DNA of 64,000 bases from Vicugna vicugna (lineage: Eukaryota). Shown here piece after piece: positions 13,701 to 26,000 of this stretch. How positions within the stretch are numbered: position 1 is the stretch's first letter; each line of letters starts with the position of its first letter. The stretch spans positions 312,001-376,000 of the forward strand of contig MU057809.1 in the NCBI GenBank assembly GCA_013265495.1, given 5' to 3'. The notes under the pieces were generated by a model. It was not told the DNA's origin. It made no database searches and saw nothing but the letters and a program-made list of their open reading frames with translations. Both the position numbers and the translations under genes were made by a program.

Positions 13701-14499
13701 TTGCTGCTTCAGGGTGGCCAGCTGTGTACCACGTGCCTTCACCCCGACGCTGGGCGAAGTCGCACACAGATGGGGTCTTGCTCTGCCAGACGCGGGCACC
13801 TCACATTCCTGCCCCAAGAGGGACACCCGCGCAGTCAGCTCCCATCAGGACTCTGGACCTTTAACTCATGTCACCAGACCCTGCCCAGCTCAGTCTCTCA
13901 GCATTTCTCTGTCTCTGGACACCAACAATCCCTGTTTTTTAAAATATGAACAACATCCCTGAGCAACCAACACTTTAAAAACCTGAACTACCTTAAAAAG
14001 GCCCCGTGACTGTCTGCTTTCAGTCTGGACAAATAAACGGAAGACAGATGCACTGCGTGGGGAAGAGCAGCTAGAGAGACACTGCCGCTCTGACAACTGG
14101 GCGAAGGCAGACGACCCCCGCAAGAGTGAGCAACGGGGCTGAGCAGGCCTCTCTCCAAAGACAGTTGCACTGAAAAGCTGCCTGCCGGCGTCAGCCACAG
14201 GGGACACCGAGTCACAGCACTGGGCGACACCACCCGCACCTGCCCGGGCGGCCGAGGTCACAACCACGGAGTCACAGGGCTCGACGGCAGGGGGAGGACA
14301 CACGACCCCAAATCTACCCCCGGAAACACAAAGATGCAACACGTGTCTCACAAAACCGTGTGTTCACAGCTGCACCAGCCCTAACACAACAAGCGAGCAG
14401 AAGTAAGGGGCAGACAGCCTGCTCCCACGTGTGTAAACACGCGAGCAAACACCCAGACACACACCTGCACAGAAAGACGTCTAGAGAGAGACCCAGAAA

Positions 14500-16030
14500 C
14501 TCCTGTGGGGGGAACACAGGAAACTGGTTAAAGGTCAAAGCACCGTACAAAAAAAAAACAACAAAAATAGATTAGCAGAGCAGAATGCAGACTCTAGAAA
14601 ACTTGGAGAAGGATTAACTTTTTTCTATAGGACAGGATATTCAATAAATGATATGGGACAGCTCGTTCTTTTACAGAACAATGATGTCAGATTCCTACCT
14701 CGCATAAATCACAAATTTTACTTAGTTTAAAAAACAAAACGTAAAAATCAAATCTAACAAATGCGGAGAAAATCTTTAAGAAAGCAGATGAATAACTGAT
14801 TGTAGGAGAGAGGACGTCTCAAGGGGAAGACACCACAAAGCAAAGCAGACGGACAGACTCCCCCACACGCAACGGCAGGCCCGTCGGAAGCAAAGTCAGA
14901 GGCAAGAAGCCCCCGGGAGACGGCACGTGGAACGCGCACAAAACACCTCTCTGAAAAGGGCAATCAATTCAACAGAAAAACAGGCACGAGACGAGCCGAG
15001 GAGATTCACAGCAGACAAGCAGTTAACAGCTACTGGAAGCGCCTGTCTCACTGCTGACTAGGAAGACATAAACTAAAACCAGATGCCACTCCTCACTCCC
15101 CAGATCAGCAAAAATAAAAGATGGGTAGGACTCAGTGTGGCCTGTCATGCCAGGAAGCTCGTGTCTCGCTGTAAACGGTGCGTCTCCCAGGGCAACAGCA
15201 CACACGCACACAACTGACACCCTGGTCTCCGCCCCGCGTTTCCACCGGGGAAGCGAGGTTAGGGACCATTAACGGGGGACACGAACTGTGCCGCAGCAGC
15301 AGTGAGACGTCGGGCGGAGTTCAGAGGGGCAAGGCAGGTCCATACGCGCCGACCCAGAAACGTCTCGGGGACCGAGTTGGCCCGCGTGGCACGTTAACAG
15401 ACAGCACAGCCCCCGGGAGCAAAACCGGCAGACTGGGCTCCACCAAAATGCAAAACTTCTGCTCTTCAGAGGAAACGGGAGGGCCAGCTGCACTGTGAGA
15501 AAACAAATCTGCAGAACGAAAGTCTGATGAAGGACTTGTGCCCAGAATGCACACTTCACCCCATGACCTGTCATCCAGGAAATGCGAATTCAAGCTACCA
15601 GAACCTGTCATTTAAACGCGTAGAGTCCACTCTACTTCAATTATACCTCAATAAAGCTGCTTTTTAAGAAAAGCTACTCCCACAAGAGAGGCCAAAATGA
15701 CAAACACACTAACAACGTCACGTGTGGACACACAGAGCCCCTGGAGCCCTCCCAAGGCCGGCGGGGTGCCCGGGGTACAGCCTCCCTGGAACATCGCTCA
15801 GCCGTTCCCCACAAGAGTAAACACGCACTTACCACTAGATCCAGCCCAGTCCTAGGAATCCACCCAAGAAAAATGAAAACAGAGTGCTTTGGACACAGAC
15901 ATTCGCGGCACAGTCGTAACAGTTGCAAACTGGAAACAAGCCAAACGTCCAAACACCTGTGGAAGGAGATGACCCGACGCGTGACGCAAGTCTGAAGGGC
16001 CGTTACTCAGCCATAGAAAGGAGAGAACAC
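14500..16030 (+). mobile_element. Cluster of degenerate L1 ORF2 3' / 3'-UTR fragments
   Basis: 'caatcaattcaacagaaaaacaggc', 'ttcaattatacctcaataaagctg', 'gatccagcccagtcctaggaatccacccaagaaaaatgaaaac', 'ttactcagccatagaaagg'. Confidence 0.65.
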
Positions 16031-19000
16031 GGGAGCCCTGGGCCGAGCTCCCTGGGCTGGGGGCCCCGGGTCCTGTCTCCCAGCTCTGACCCCTCTTGGC
16101 CCTGCGAGCCCCAGCTCACGGTCCCCGCGGGTGGTGCCCACAGAGCAGGGAAAACAGGGAAGAGGGGCCTCTAAGCCAAGTGAGCCGGGCTCCCAGGGGC
16201 CCTCGTGAGGGGCAGCGCCCGCGCCCCCACCAGCGTGACGACAGAATACCACGGGCGTGGAGTAACCCCACTGAGCGCGCTCCCAAGGCCGTGAGCCCCT
16301 GACCCCGCGTGAGGGTTTCATGAAGACCTGGCTGGCTCCACGCCCATGGAATTCCAGTCTGACTTTTCTAGATGACAAAGGAGAAAGGACGCTCCACCGT
16401 GAGGAGCTTGGCCTCCTTCCCACACGAAGGACACGGCATGGCCCCGAGGTCACCCCGTGTGGGGCACCGGCCCCTCCCACCCGCCCCACTGTGCAGGGAA
16501 CGTGGGGCCCCAGCCCGAGGACAGCACACACCACATTCTGCAGGAATGACGTGGCTATTATCCTTACATGTCACCACGCACCCCAGACTGTCATCCCGCG
16601 CAGAGGATAGTCTGCTCAGCACCTCTGATGTCTCCCGCCCTCTGCGCCAGCGTTCACAGCTGAGAGCAGGTGCCAAGGGAGCTGGGCACACTCCTTATAC
16701 GGTGCCAGGCCAGGGATCGGGGCGGGCGACACCTCAGGCCCTGGTTCCCCTTGTGTCACCAGGAACAGGAAGCCCAAGGGACAGCCATGTCTCTGTATCA
16801 GCTGCCCAGTGACCACACCAGTGACCCGGCCTCGCCCGTTGCCTCCTCTGTGAGGCCGGCTGCCCACCCAGACCACGTCCCCAGCATCTCAGGGCTGCTG
16901 AGAATCTGAGTCAGGGTGCTTTGCCAGCAGACGGGGTCCTTACCAACAGGGCCAGGAGAGAAGAGTGAGCTAAGGCTGCCCCAGAGGGAGCCGCTGCCCC
17001 CCGCCCCCAACCCCGACTCTGGGCAACAGAGTCCTGTTCACAGAGTCAGACAGGCGGCCAGCTCATCCCAGGTGCCCCTGGCGGGCAGATGCTGGCCTGG
17101 CTCCGCAGCTGATGGCTGTGCTGGCAGTCCCCCTCCAACCCCGTGGCTCAGTGTCTGGGACGCCGTCTCCCCACTGAGGGCCCAGAGGGAGGCGGAGACA
17201 CAGAGGCTTGCAGCCACCAGGCCACCACGAGAGCACGTGTTCACTAAAACAAAGGCTCACAACCTTTCAAACAGAACCTCGGCTGGAAGGGTCCTAGTGA
17301 CCTCAAGACAGAACCGGACCCCATCTATCCAGCCCCTAAGTCCAGGCTCCCTGGGAGGGTTAAAAAGCCACGGCACGTGCAGAGATGGGTGAACTGGGAG
17401 CCCCCTGTGGTCCAGGCACTGACCTCACAAGAGGAAAGACCCACGACCCCCCACTTCGGGAGTCTCCTTCCAGTGGGATGGGGGAGGGGTGGGGAACAGC
17501 ACACCAGCAGCCAGTCAAACGGAACCAGCTGCCAAGACACTGAGGACGGCACCGCGATGACTCGTCCCCGACTCAGGGACATCACCAGCCACTCTCTTCC
17601 CTGCTACTCCAGCCCCATGCAGCCCTGGGAGGCAGCAGCCTGTGAGCCCAGCCTACAAGGAGTGAGCAGTGGACAGGGGTCCGACTGCACAGCCAGCCCC
17701 ACAGGCCGCAGGGAAGGGGACAGTGCGGTGACCAGGCCGCCCCGGATGACGGAGCGTCCCACTCGGGGATACTCCAGCCTTCCTGGCGCAGGCTCAGGGC
17801 CCCCGCGCTGTGGGAAGGGACTGCACAGGGCCCCGCCATCCCCAGACGGGCATTTCCGGGAGGACGCAGCCGGGGCCCAAGCAGGGACAGAGGCCGCTCC
17901 GGGCTCCGGGCAGTACTTTTCCACGGGCCCCGTCCACCCACCCTCGGAAGACGGAGGTGTCCTCCCTCCATAAATGCCTGACACCGCCGCGTCAGAGCTT
18001 CCCACGAGAACCAGACAGTGAGTGAGGGAAGAAATATTTTGATTAGCAGAGACCAGGATGTGGGTCTTGAGGAGGAAAAGCCTCCGCTTCCCCGGGAGAC
18101 TGGCCCCGGCAACGCAAGCAGGATATCAGGACACCAGCCCCCAACTCAGTCAGGAAGCCTTCCAAGCACCTGGACTCGGCCTGGAACTGGGGGCTCCAGG
18201 CCGCGGCGGAGGGGCCGCCACCCTGCAGGCCAGGCCCTGGGCACCCTGCGGCCCGAGAGCTAAGCTGGGGTGCGTGCAACTCACCAGGAACCTGGGCCAC
18301 CAGTTACAAACCCAACAAAAATCCAAGCATCAACGAGACAGGGAGGAAACAGACCCCAGTTCTTCATTCTTTCCTCTTTCGTCTTCTGAACTTCTTTTAA
18401 TCAACATGCACTTTAATAACAAAATACGATCACGTACTTTTTAAAAAAATGATCAGAATGTAACAAAGAACATCATCGTGGATCTCAGGCGGAAATCACG
18501 AGCTGTGCCAACATTTATCATAAACCACGCTCTCGAGGGTCCTGCCAGTGGGCGACAGGCAGCGAGCAGCGAGCACTAAGGAAGCAAGCTGATGTTTCAT
18601 CACAAAAGTACAAGCCACCAATGTGACAGTGAGACACACAGTTTAAAGAGGGTGGAAGAGTCCAGAGAAGGCAGGGAAGCGCCCTGAGAACGGCCAGAGA
18701 GTCACGTGTGGCTGAGGCTCCATGTGGTGCAGGCTGGGGCTGGGCCGCACACCGAGTGGGAGCTCAGAGAACTCTGAAAAACCATTTCTTCCTGGGTCTG
18801 TAAACCAAAGAGAACCGGTAAGACCAGGGTCCACGATGGAGAACGCGGGCAAGAATGGGCCTGGGGACACAGGACCAGCTGAGCGCCTGTGTGGGAGCAG
18901 GACGTGGGGCCATGGAGGCGGGCCTGCTGGCCTGGGTCCCGAGCATGCGGCCTTTGCGGGGGAACCAGCGCCCATGCCCAGACAGGCCGCCAGACCTGTG

Positions 19001-20211
19001 AGTTCTCGCCAGAGGATGCAAGGAAGGGGTAGAGGACACCCCAGGGCAGGTGGGGTCCCGGACACCGCTGTCTGCCCACGTCCTGCACCTGCTCCCGCCA
19101 CCACAGCACTGTCCCTGGAGAGGAGCTGCCATCTGGACGGCGTCCCGGGGGACCTGGCGTCCGCAACACAGGTGGTCCCGGAGAGGCACTCTGGGCCCGG
19201 GCGGGCCTGCAGCCCAGGAGCCACCGGCTGTCAGCCCCGTTCCCCGCACCATGGCCCGTCCCCTTCTGGGGACGGCGTGTGCTCCCCGGGCCTAAGCAGC
19301 ACACGCGGCCCTGGGCTCGGGACAAAGGCAGGGTCTGAAACGCCGGCGCGCACAGTGAACAAGCCCCACAAGCCAACAACGAAGCACCGAGTCAGAAGTT
19401 TCCAACTTTCTTCCACAAAGACCTGAAGGAGGCCCCAACCAGGTCCCTGATTAACTGTAGACCTTCAGAGAACTCTGATATCGGCCCTGGGACGCATGAC
19501 CAACCTCGCAAGCTGGCTCCAATCACATGCCCCTCCCTCCTCGCCAGCGACTGACGAGAGCTCAGTCATCAGCGCCATGCTGGACGTGAGGCAGGGACGA
19601 GGGTCCTCGAGGGGCTGTACACTCACCCACGACGCCCACCCCCGCCCCGTGAGGCCCGCCTACCAAATCTGACTGTGTGTTGAATCTGCCAGAATCTGCA
19701 CTCTGCATCCACGAGAGCATACGTGGTTCTGACCCACTGCAGACTAGGAATTACACAGACAGCCTGCCGTGCAAGAGGAACTGGCACTCAGACCTCGGGA
19801 CAGAAACAAATGCACCTGCACACACACCCCTGGCAAATCTGTTTCGCTAGAAATGGGAGCTCGTCCAGACACGACTCCGTGAGCAGACTCCCAGACCGGG
19901 CCCCCCGTCACTGTGAGCCGGGCACCTCCACGCGCCGCTCCACCCGGCTCCTCGGTGCAGCCGGGCGACGCAGCCCCAGCCACCACCCGCGCCTCCACCC
20001 GCCCCATCAGCCCATCAGGACCCCCTCTGAACACGGCACCAACGGCAGCCTGCAGACTTGACGGCTGGAGAAGGTGCTCCGACCAAGGCTTTACTGGAAG
20101 TCCTCCTTGCCCTACCTTCACAAGGCGCGCCCACGGGTAACAGTGCAACCCCCGACACTCAGCGCGACCACCACCTCCCCCTCCCGGCGCGGAAACAAGG
20201 CGCGTCCCTAC

Positions 20212-20337
20212 CTGGGCGGGTGCTTCCCCTGCGCCCGGCGGAGCTGCCGGTGCCCCCGGCACGTCTTCTGCGGCCGCCTTCAGTTTTTTTTTCTTTCTCG
20301 CTGTCACTTCAGTAACTTTTCTCTTCTGTTTTGCCAT
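20212..20337 (-). CDS. CHLSN: C7orf50/CHLSN (cholesin) first coding exon, MAKQKRKVTEVTARKKKKLKAAAEDVPGAPAAPPGAGEAPAQ (42 codons, phase-0 donor); the remaining exons lie beyond the left edge of the window
   Basis: Matches the recalled human C7orf50 N-terminus MAKQKRKVPEVTEKKNKKLKKA. Acceptor ...ctttctctgttgcAG|G-ATG (exon starts 20338) and donor CAG|GTAGGG at 20211. Syntenic with ZFAND2A. Confidence 0.92.
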
Positions 20338-21662
20338 CCTGCAACAGAGAAAGTAAGCTGTAAGCACTCAGGGAATAAGAGGTCTCAGGCCACACAACAG
20401 TTTTAACTAAGGGGGGGCATTCCTGTTACAAAAGAAACACAAACGCGGGAACTACACAACCATTTTAAAGAGTCAAATTCCCCAGTTTCATCACGCATGG
20501 ACAATCAACTTGACGTTTCGGTTTATCTCCTGTCTTTTTTGAGTGTTTTATTCAAACGTAGCTGCAGTCACACGTGGATCATGCATATTATGTTTTTAAC
20601 TAAACCTGAACACACACTTTAAAGACTCAGAAACACCATTTTCAGTGACAGCATTGAGATTTTCCAAGAGTGAAAATTAGCTTGTCTTCTCCCTAATTAC
20701 TAAGTATTGTGGGTTGTTTTTACTACCGCGGACTGACTCCTACCCCACCATTAAGTAGGGAAGCTGCAGCTCCGCTCGGCTGACGGGGACGGGACAGGTC
20801 TGGGGCGGCCTCCGTGGATGGTGGCGGCAGCACCGACAGGGCCCAGGGGGCCGAAGGCACTCGGGCTGGAGAGGCACCAGGTCCTCCTCCCTCCTCTGCA
20901 GCATCTCCAACTCCGCAGGCGTCAATTCCAAACCCAGCCTCCTCTGTGGGAGTGGATGATGGGGGAGCCAGGAGGAGGGGTGGAGGCACAGGGAGCTGGG
21001 GGCAGGATTGGGGCAGAGAGCCGTACACCTGAGGGGCACCCAAGGGGCACCCGAGGGGGAGACGTGGGAACCCACTGGGTTGCAGCCAGGCTCCTGCTGC
21101 CAGGCGGGCTGACGGAAGAGGCCTCCTCCCGCCCCCTCCACCTGCTTCCCGGTCCCTGCTGCCCCCTGCAGATGGAGCCCAGAAAGAGCATGGTGAAGTG
21201 CGGTGTTCGGGGGTGTGAACAAAATCTTTATATCTAGGTGTGGGACTCCAAGGGGCTTTCTGTTCTCCCTCAAGCTCAGTTTTATTTTGCTTTTATCAAA
21301 GTTTTATACTTGAAAAAATTCTTCATTTTTTACTACCAGTCCTTTAAAACTCTAACTAGTATCAGAATTTATTCCAACAAATTAGAATGTATTTTTATTT
21401 GTATCCTAAGCTCACCTCACTTATGTGAGCTTCATTTATGTGTGTGTATGTGTGTGTACACACATTCACATCACACAGACAAGCATGTAACACGTACATC
21501 ACACACACTCACACACACACGCGCGCGTGTGCAGAGCTACGCAACATGGGCATTTTAATTTTGGACACGCTGCTCAGGCTGCGCCCGCGGGGATGGAAAC
21601 CAACCCGAAGGCTTCTCCCTCGACACCAGCATTCATCTGGCCTCTACCCACAGATGCTCAGA

Positions 21663-21790
21663 ACCTAACTCACTCACTCAGCAAACACCTGTTAAGAGCC
21701 AGTTCTGTGCCAGGCCCGGCTGGTGCTGGTCACAGAGCAAACGGCAAGGCAGACAAGAGCCTTGATCTCAGAAGATCTGGAGAAACTAGA
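21663..21790 (-). mobile_element. L2 3'-end fragment
   Basis: 'ctcactcactcagcaaacacctgttaagagccagttctgtgccaggc' corresponds to the L2 terminal motif (cattcattcaacaaatatttattgagc...tgtgccaggc). Confidence 0.6.
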
Positions 21791-22475
21791 CCCTCACATA
21801 AGAGACCCTCAGCCACAAAAGCAATGAAGTGCCGACTCCTGCTACAACCTGGATGGGCCCTGAAGCATGCTGGGAGGAAACAGCACAGACCGCACACCCC
21901 CTTTACACGAAGTGCCCAGAGCCAGCCAATTACAGAAACACTCGTGTTCACTCAGGGCCGGGCTGAGGGAAGGAGTCAGGGCTGACTGCTGACTGGCACC
22001 GGGTTTCCTTTGGGAGAAGGAAAGGGTTCTGGAATTAGGTTGTGGCGGCAGTCCAAACACCTTGTGAATAATACACTGAAAGGAAAAAAAACCTCAAATC
22101 GAGTTATTTGCTGTGAATTAGAAGACACAGTGCTCCAAGCTGTCTTTAAAGGAAACAGGGAACACGGCGCTTGCTGCCCGGGGGCTGCAGGCAGCACGTC
22201 TGTGCTGGAGGCAGTGCTCGGCGTGCGGACTCCCCGCATCTGGGCACCACCTGCGCCAGCTGGGCACCACCTGGCCTGGGGTCTCCTTCCTCACAGGCCT
22301 TTCTGTAAGGAAGCCAGTGACTCAGATGAACTTCCATGAGCAGCACCAGCCTGACGCTGGGGCACACCTGCCGGGAAGTCGACAGACTGCACCTAAAACT
22401 GGGGGACGAGTCACACAACCTGCGCAGTGTTCAGAAACGTGGGGAACAAGTACAAACAGCGAGAAGATGTGCGCT

Positions 22476-22583
22476 GGGGAGGGGGCAGCGGCCCAAGCGG
22501 AGCGCGGGGAGGGGGCAGAGGCCCGAGAGGAGCGCAGGGAGGGGGCAGCGGCCCGAGCGGAGCGTGGGGAGGGGGCAGCGGCC
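22476..22583. repeat. 30-bp GC-rich minisatellite, ~3.6 copies (ggggagggggcagcggcccgagcggagcgc)
   Basis: Units start at 22476, 22506, 22536 and 22566 with 1-2 substitutions each. Confidence 0.92.
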
Positions 22584-24089
22584 TGCTGTTTCACACCGAG
22601 TTCCGGCAGCACTGTGTTTTCAGCAGTATGCACATGTTACTAAGCTAATCTGACAAATGAAGAAAAAAAGAACATTTTTCAACCTCAAAGATTGTTTAAA
22701 ATTCTATTTTCCAGGTTAGCCAGAGAGTGATGAAAAGGCCATCATCGTGCCCTGCTGACGGGGGTACGTGGGTCCGGCCTTCCCGAAGGCCACTCGGTAA
22801 CACTGATCAAGGGCTCTGGCCGCTCAGTCCACACCGAGGAATTCACCCTGATGAAATAATCTCAGACAGAAATTCACATAAGGACGATAACACCTCTATT
22901 GCTAAGAAGCCAAAAACAGCGCCGCTGTCCCAGCAGATGGGGAAAAGGGGCGCCTCCCTTCCGCAGAGGAGAACGCCTGCACCACCGCGCCCGGGACCAC
23001 AGAGACGTCCAGTCCAGCGCTGCTCCCGATACGACGTAAAGTGAAAAGGTGGGCTATGCCCCGTGTGACAACACAACCCTTGTTCTGTAATAAAAAGCCA
23101 ATGCACAGACACACAAAGCAAAAACGAGAAGGTGACACAGGAAGGTAGGGACATTTTAAGGGGGTAGAATTAAGGATTTTTTATCCTTTATACTTTACAG
23201 TAATTTCTACAATAAAAGGAAAAACCTTCAAGATATCAGCTCAGAAGTGTTCAGTGACACCAACAAACAGCCCCGGCAGCCGAGCAGGTGATGCCCCAGG
23301 GCGGACAGCAGAGGAAGCCAGCGGCCAGGCAGGCCACGGCCACTGAGGGCAAGTCAGCACCGACAGGCTGGGAACAAGCTCCAGGGACCTGAGAGAAGTC
23401 AGGCAGCCTTTAGGGGAAAAAACTTCTTTAAAATCTGGAAACGCCACCCGCAGGCCCTGATGTCCCCTCTCATCGGCGGGCCCCCTGAAGGGTCTGCGCC
23501 CTCCCCAGCCACAGTCCTCCAGGAGCCGGCCTGGAAGTCAGGCCTGGAAGCCCAGCTCCTGCGCCCTGGACGGCGGCTGTGCTCCTGCCCACTCAACCCA
23601 GGACCAGCCCAAGTCCTCGCCTACCCAGTCAGTAGCCTGGCCTCTGGCACCCGCTACCTGACCCTACTTCCTGCCTCCCGTGGGCAAACTCCAAGCCCTG
23701 GGACCCCAGGCATCCCACCCAACAAGCCCGCCTCCCACCTTTCCAGCTCAACCCCACTGGGTGCCCTCACCTTCACCAGGACCTGCAATCCACAGATCCA
23801 CACGGCTCAGTGCCCTCACCCCTCCTCCCACCCACGTTCCCACTCCACAGCGTAATCCATCAGTGTAATCAGTACAACCTCACTTCTACACACTCTCAGC
23901 TTCCTTCCTGCACAATCCCAACTCCAGGACCTGCTCCTGCCTGACCAAAAAGCCCTCGAGACCAGGCTGGCTGGTCTTACTTCAAAGCCCCCAGCTGCAA
24001 GGGGTCTCCAGCACTGCCCAGCGACGCCCCACTTCCCGGCTCCAGCCACCCACCCAGATGACCAGTTCACTTCTCTCACTTCTTTGATA

Positions 24090-24470
24090 TTTTTGTTAGT
24101 GAATCAACTATACTTCAATTAAAAAAACAACGCTGTGTTAGTTTCTGGTGTACAACAGAGTGATACAGTTACACACATTTTTTCATATGGTTTCTCACTA
24201 AGGTTTGTTACAAGACATTGAATACAGTTCCCTGTACTATACAGTAAGGCCTCATTTACTTTATATACAGTAGTTTGCATCTGTTAATCCCAAACTCCTA
24301 AATTTTTTCCACCCTTCCCCTTTCCCCTTTGGTAACCGTAAGGTGGTTCTCTATGTCTGTGAGTCTGTCTCTGTTTTGTGGTTAAGTTCATTTGTATATT
24401 TTAGCCTCCACATAAGTGATATTTGTCCCTCTGTCTGACTTCACTTGGTGGGACCATCTCTAGGTCCACC
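24090..24470 (-). mobile_element. 5'-truncated young L1 3' end (with an inverted terminal segment)
   Basis: 'gtgttagtttctggtgtacaacagagtgatacagttac...ttgaatacagttccctgtactatacagtaagg...ttcccctttggtaacc...gacttcacttggtgggaccatctctaggtcca' is homologous to 29745-30150. Confidence 0.85.
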
Positions 24471-24479
24471 CATTGTCTC

Positions 24480-26000
24480 ACCTCTCAATGTCTCAAACCC
24501 CCAACACACCCGCCCCCTCTGTTCTCGGCAAAGGACCATCATTCCTGAGCACTGAGCGTCCACGAGCTCCCACGTGGACCCCCTCCCGTCCTTCCCTCCT
24601 GCTACGAAGGAAGACCCTTTCTTTCCCTTGCTCTGACTCCCAGGGCTTCACTCTAAGCACGCTCCCTGCCCCTCCCCCGGCATCAACTGTCCTTCCTGCC
24701 ACAGAATCCACGAGCACCCACACGGAGAAGCCCTGACTCCACACGCTCTGCTCCCCATTTCTGGTGCCTTCTGAGGCAAAACTCGAGAGCTGCCCACGCG
24801 CACCGCCTCTAACTCCTTTCTGGCCGCTCTCCCATGCTCCCCTCCAGCAGGCTTCCACCTGACTCCACGAGAACTGCTGTCATCAGCCTTCCCAGCGACA
24901 CCTCTGTGCTCATGAGAGATCCTCTCCCAGCTGAACTCCAGCCGGGCTCCTCCAAGCCTTCTCTCCACGAGGCCTCAACCTGGGCCCATCAAGACGGAAA
25001 CAAAACCGTATCTAACAGCTCAAGGCCGCATCTTTATGATGAACTTAGCTCCCCTAGAAAGTGCCTGTCTGAGAACATTCAAGGCTTCGTGAAGACAGGG
25101 CCCTGCCCCGCAGCCTCTGTGACGGCTGGTAACTTTCCCAAGCACCCACCTTCACCAGCCTCTCTTCTTGCAGACTCCTCTAATCTCTTTCCTGACTCTG
25201 CTGAGGGCCTGGCCCTCCCTGTTCCCTCACTCTCCCTTTAAAACTCCGTTGTCATCTCCTCCGTGCAAGCCCAAGGTGAGCTAATTCATGCTGACGTCTC
25301 CCTCCCTGTCGACTAAAATCCAGCCTTTCCATTTACACCAAGTATGGTCTGGCTTTGCTGATCTTTGACTAAACCTGGTGGCGGACTCAGTACTCACTCA
25401 CTGTGCAGGAGAGCAGCCTCCGACAACTCGCCTCCCCTCTCCACAGCTCTGCCCTCAGCTGCCCAGACAGACCCACGCTCCTGCTTTTCTCCAACCGCTC
25501 CACCTCCCTGACCCCTTTACACCGAAGGGCCCCAGGCCTGGCGCCTGCTTCCTCTCTAGCGACTGTCACTCCCCTGTGATCTCATCTAGTCATGCGGCTT
25601 TAAATACCAGCCACATGCATGGCTTCCAGATTCCTCACTGAACATCGCCAACTCAGGTGTGGATCACCTGCACACGCACCATCTCAAAGGTAACATATCC
25701 GACCCACCCACACTCCCCACCATCTCACCTTCCTGCACGGCTGTCCCCCCAAACTGGTCGTGTGGTGAAATCCAGGTTTCAGCTCGAGCTAAACACGTGG
25801 TGTCACCCACAACTCCTCTTTCTCACACGCCCGCCCGACCCACAGTGGCCGCTGTTGGCCTCATCTCCCTCGTCGCACTCCGAGGGGGGCTACTTTCAGC
25901 GCCTCTACTACGAGGCACCCCGGTCCAGGCGCCTCTCACCTGGATTACCCAGAAGCCTCCAGCCGGCCCCTCGCCTGCGCCCTGGCCCCCTACCCCTCCA
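24480..26000 (+). mobile_element. Fragmented L2 (RT/3' region)
   Basis: 'ctcatctagtcatgcggctttaaataccagccacatgc...ttccagatt' resembles the L2 region around 'HLYADDSQI'; pyrimidine-rich L2-like blocks. Confidence 0.5.

Noticed and set aside
1..20211. GPER1, GPR146 or MIR339 nested in the intron
   Set aside because: No seven-transmembrane ORF or recognisable miR-339 hairpin seen; they are expected further left by synteny
19744..20367. 207-aa ORF containing MAKQKRK
   Set aside because: Only 20337-20212 is exonic; the flanks are read-through into introns beyond clear splice sites
22476..22583. CRISPR-like array or CTCF site cluster
   Set aside because: Eukaryotic tandem repeat without unique spacers; AGGGGGCAGC lacks the upstream CCASY of the CTCF core
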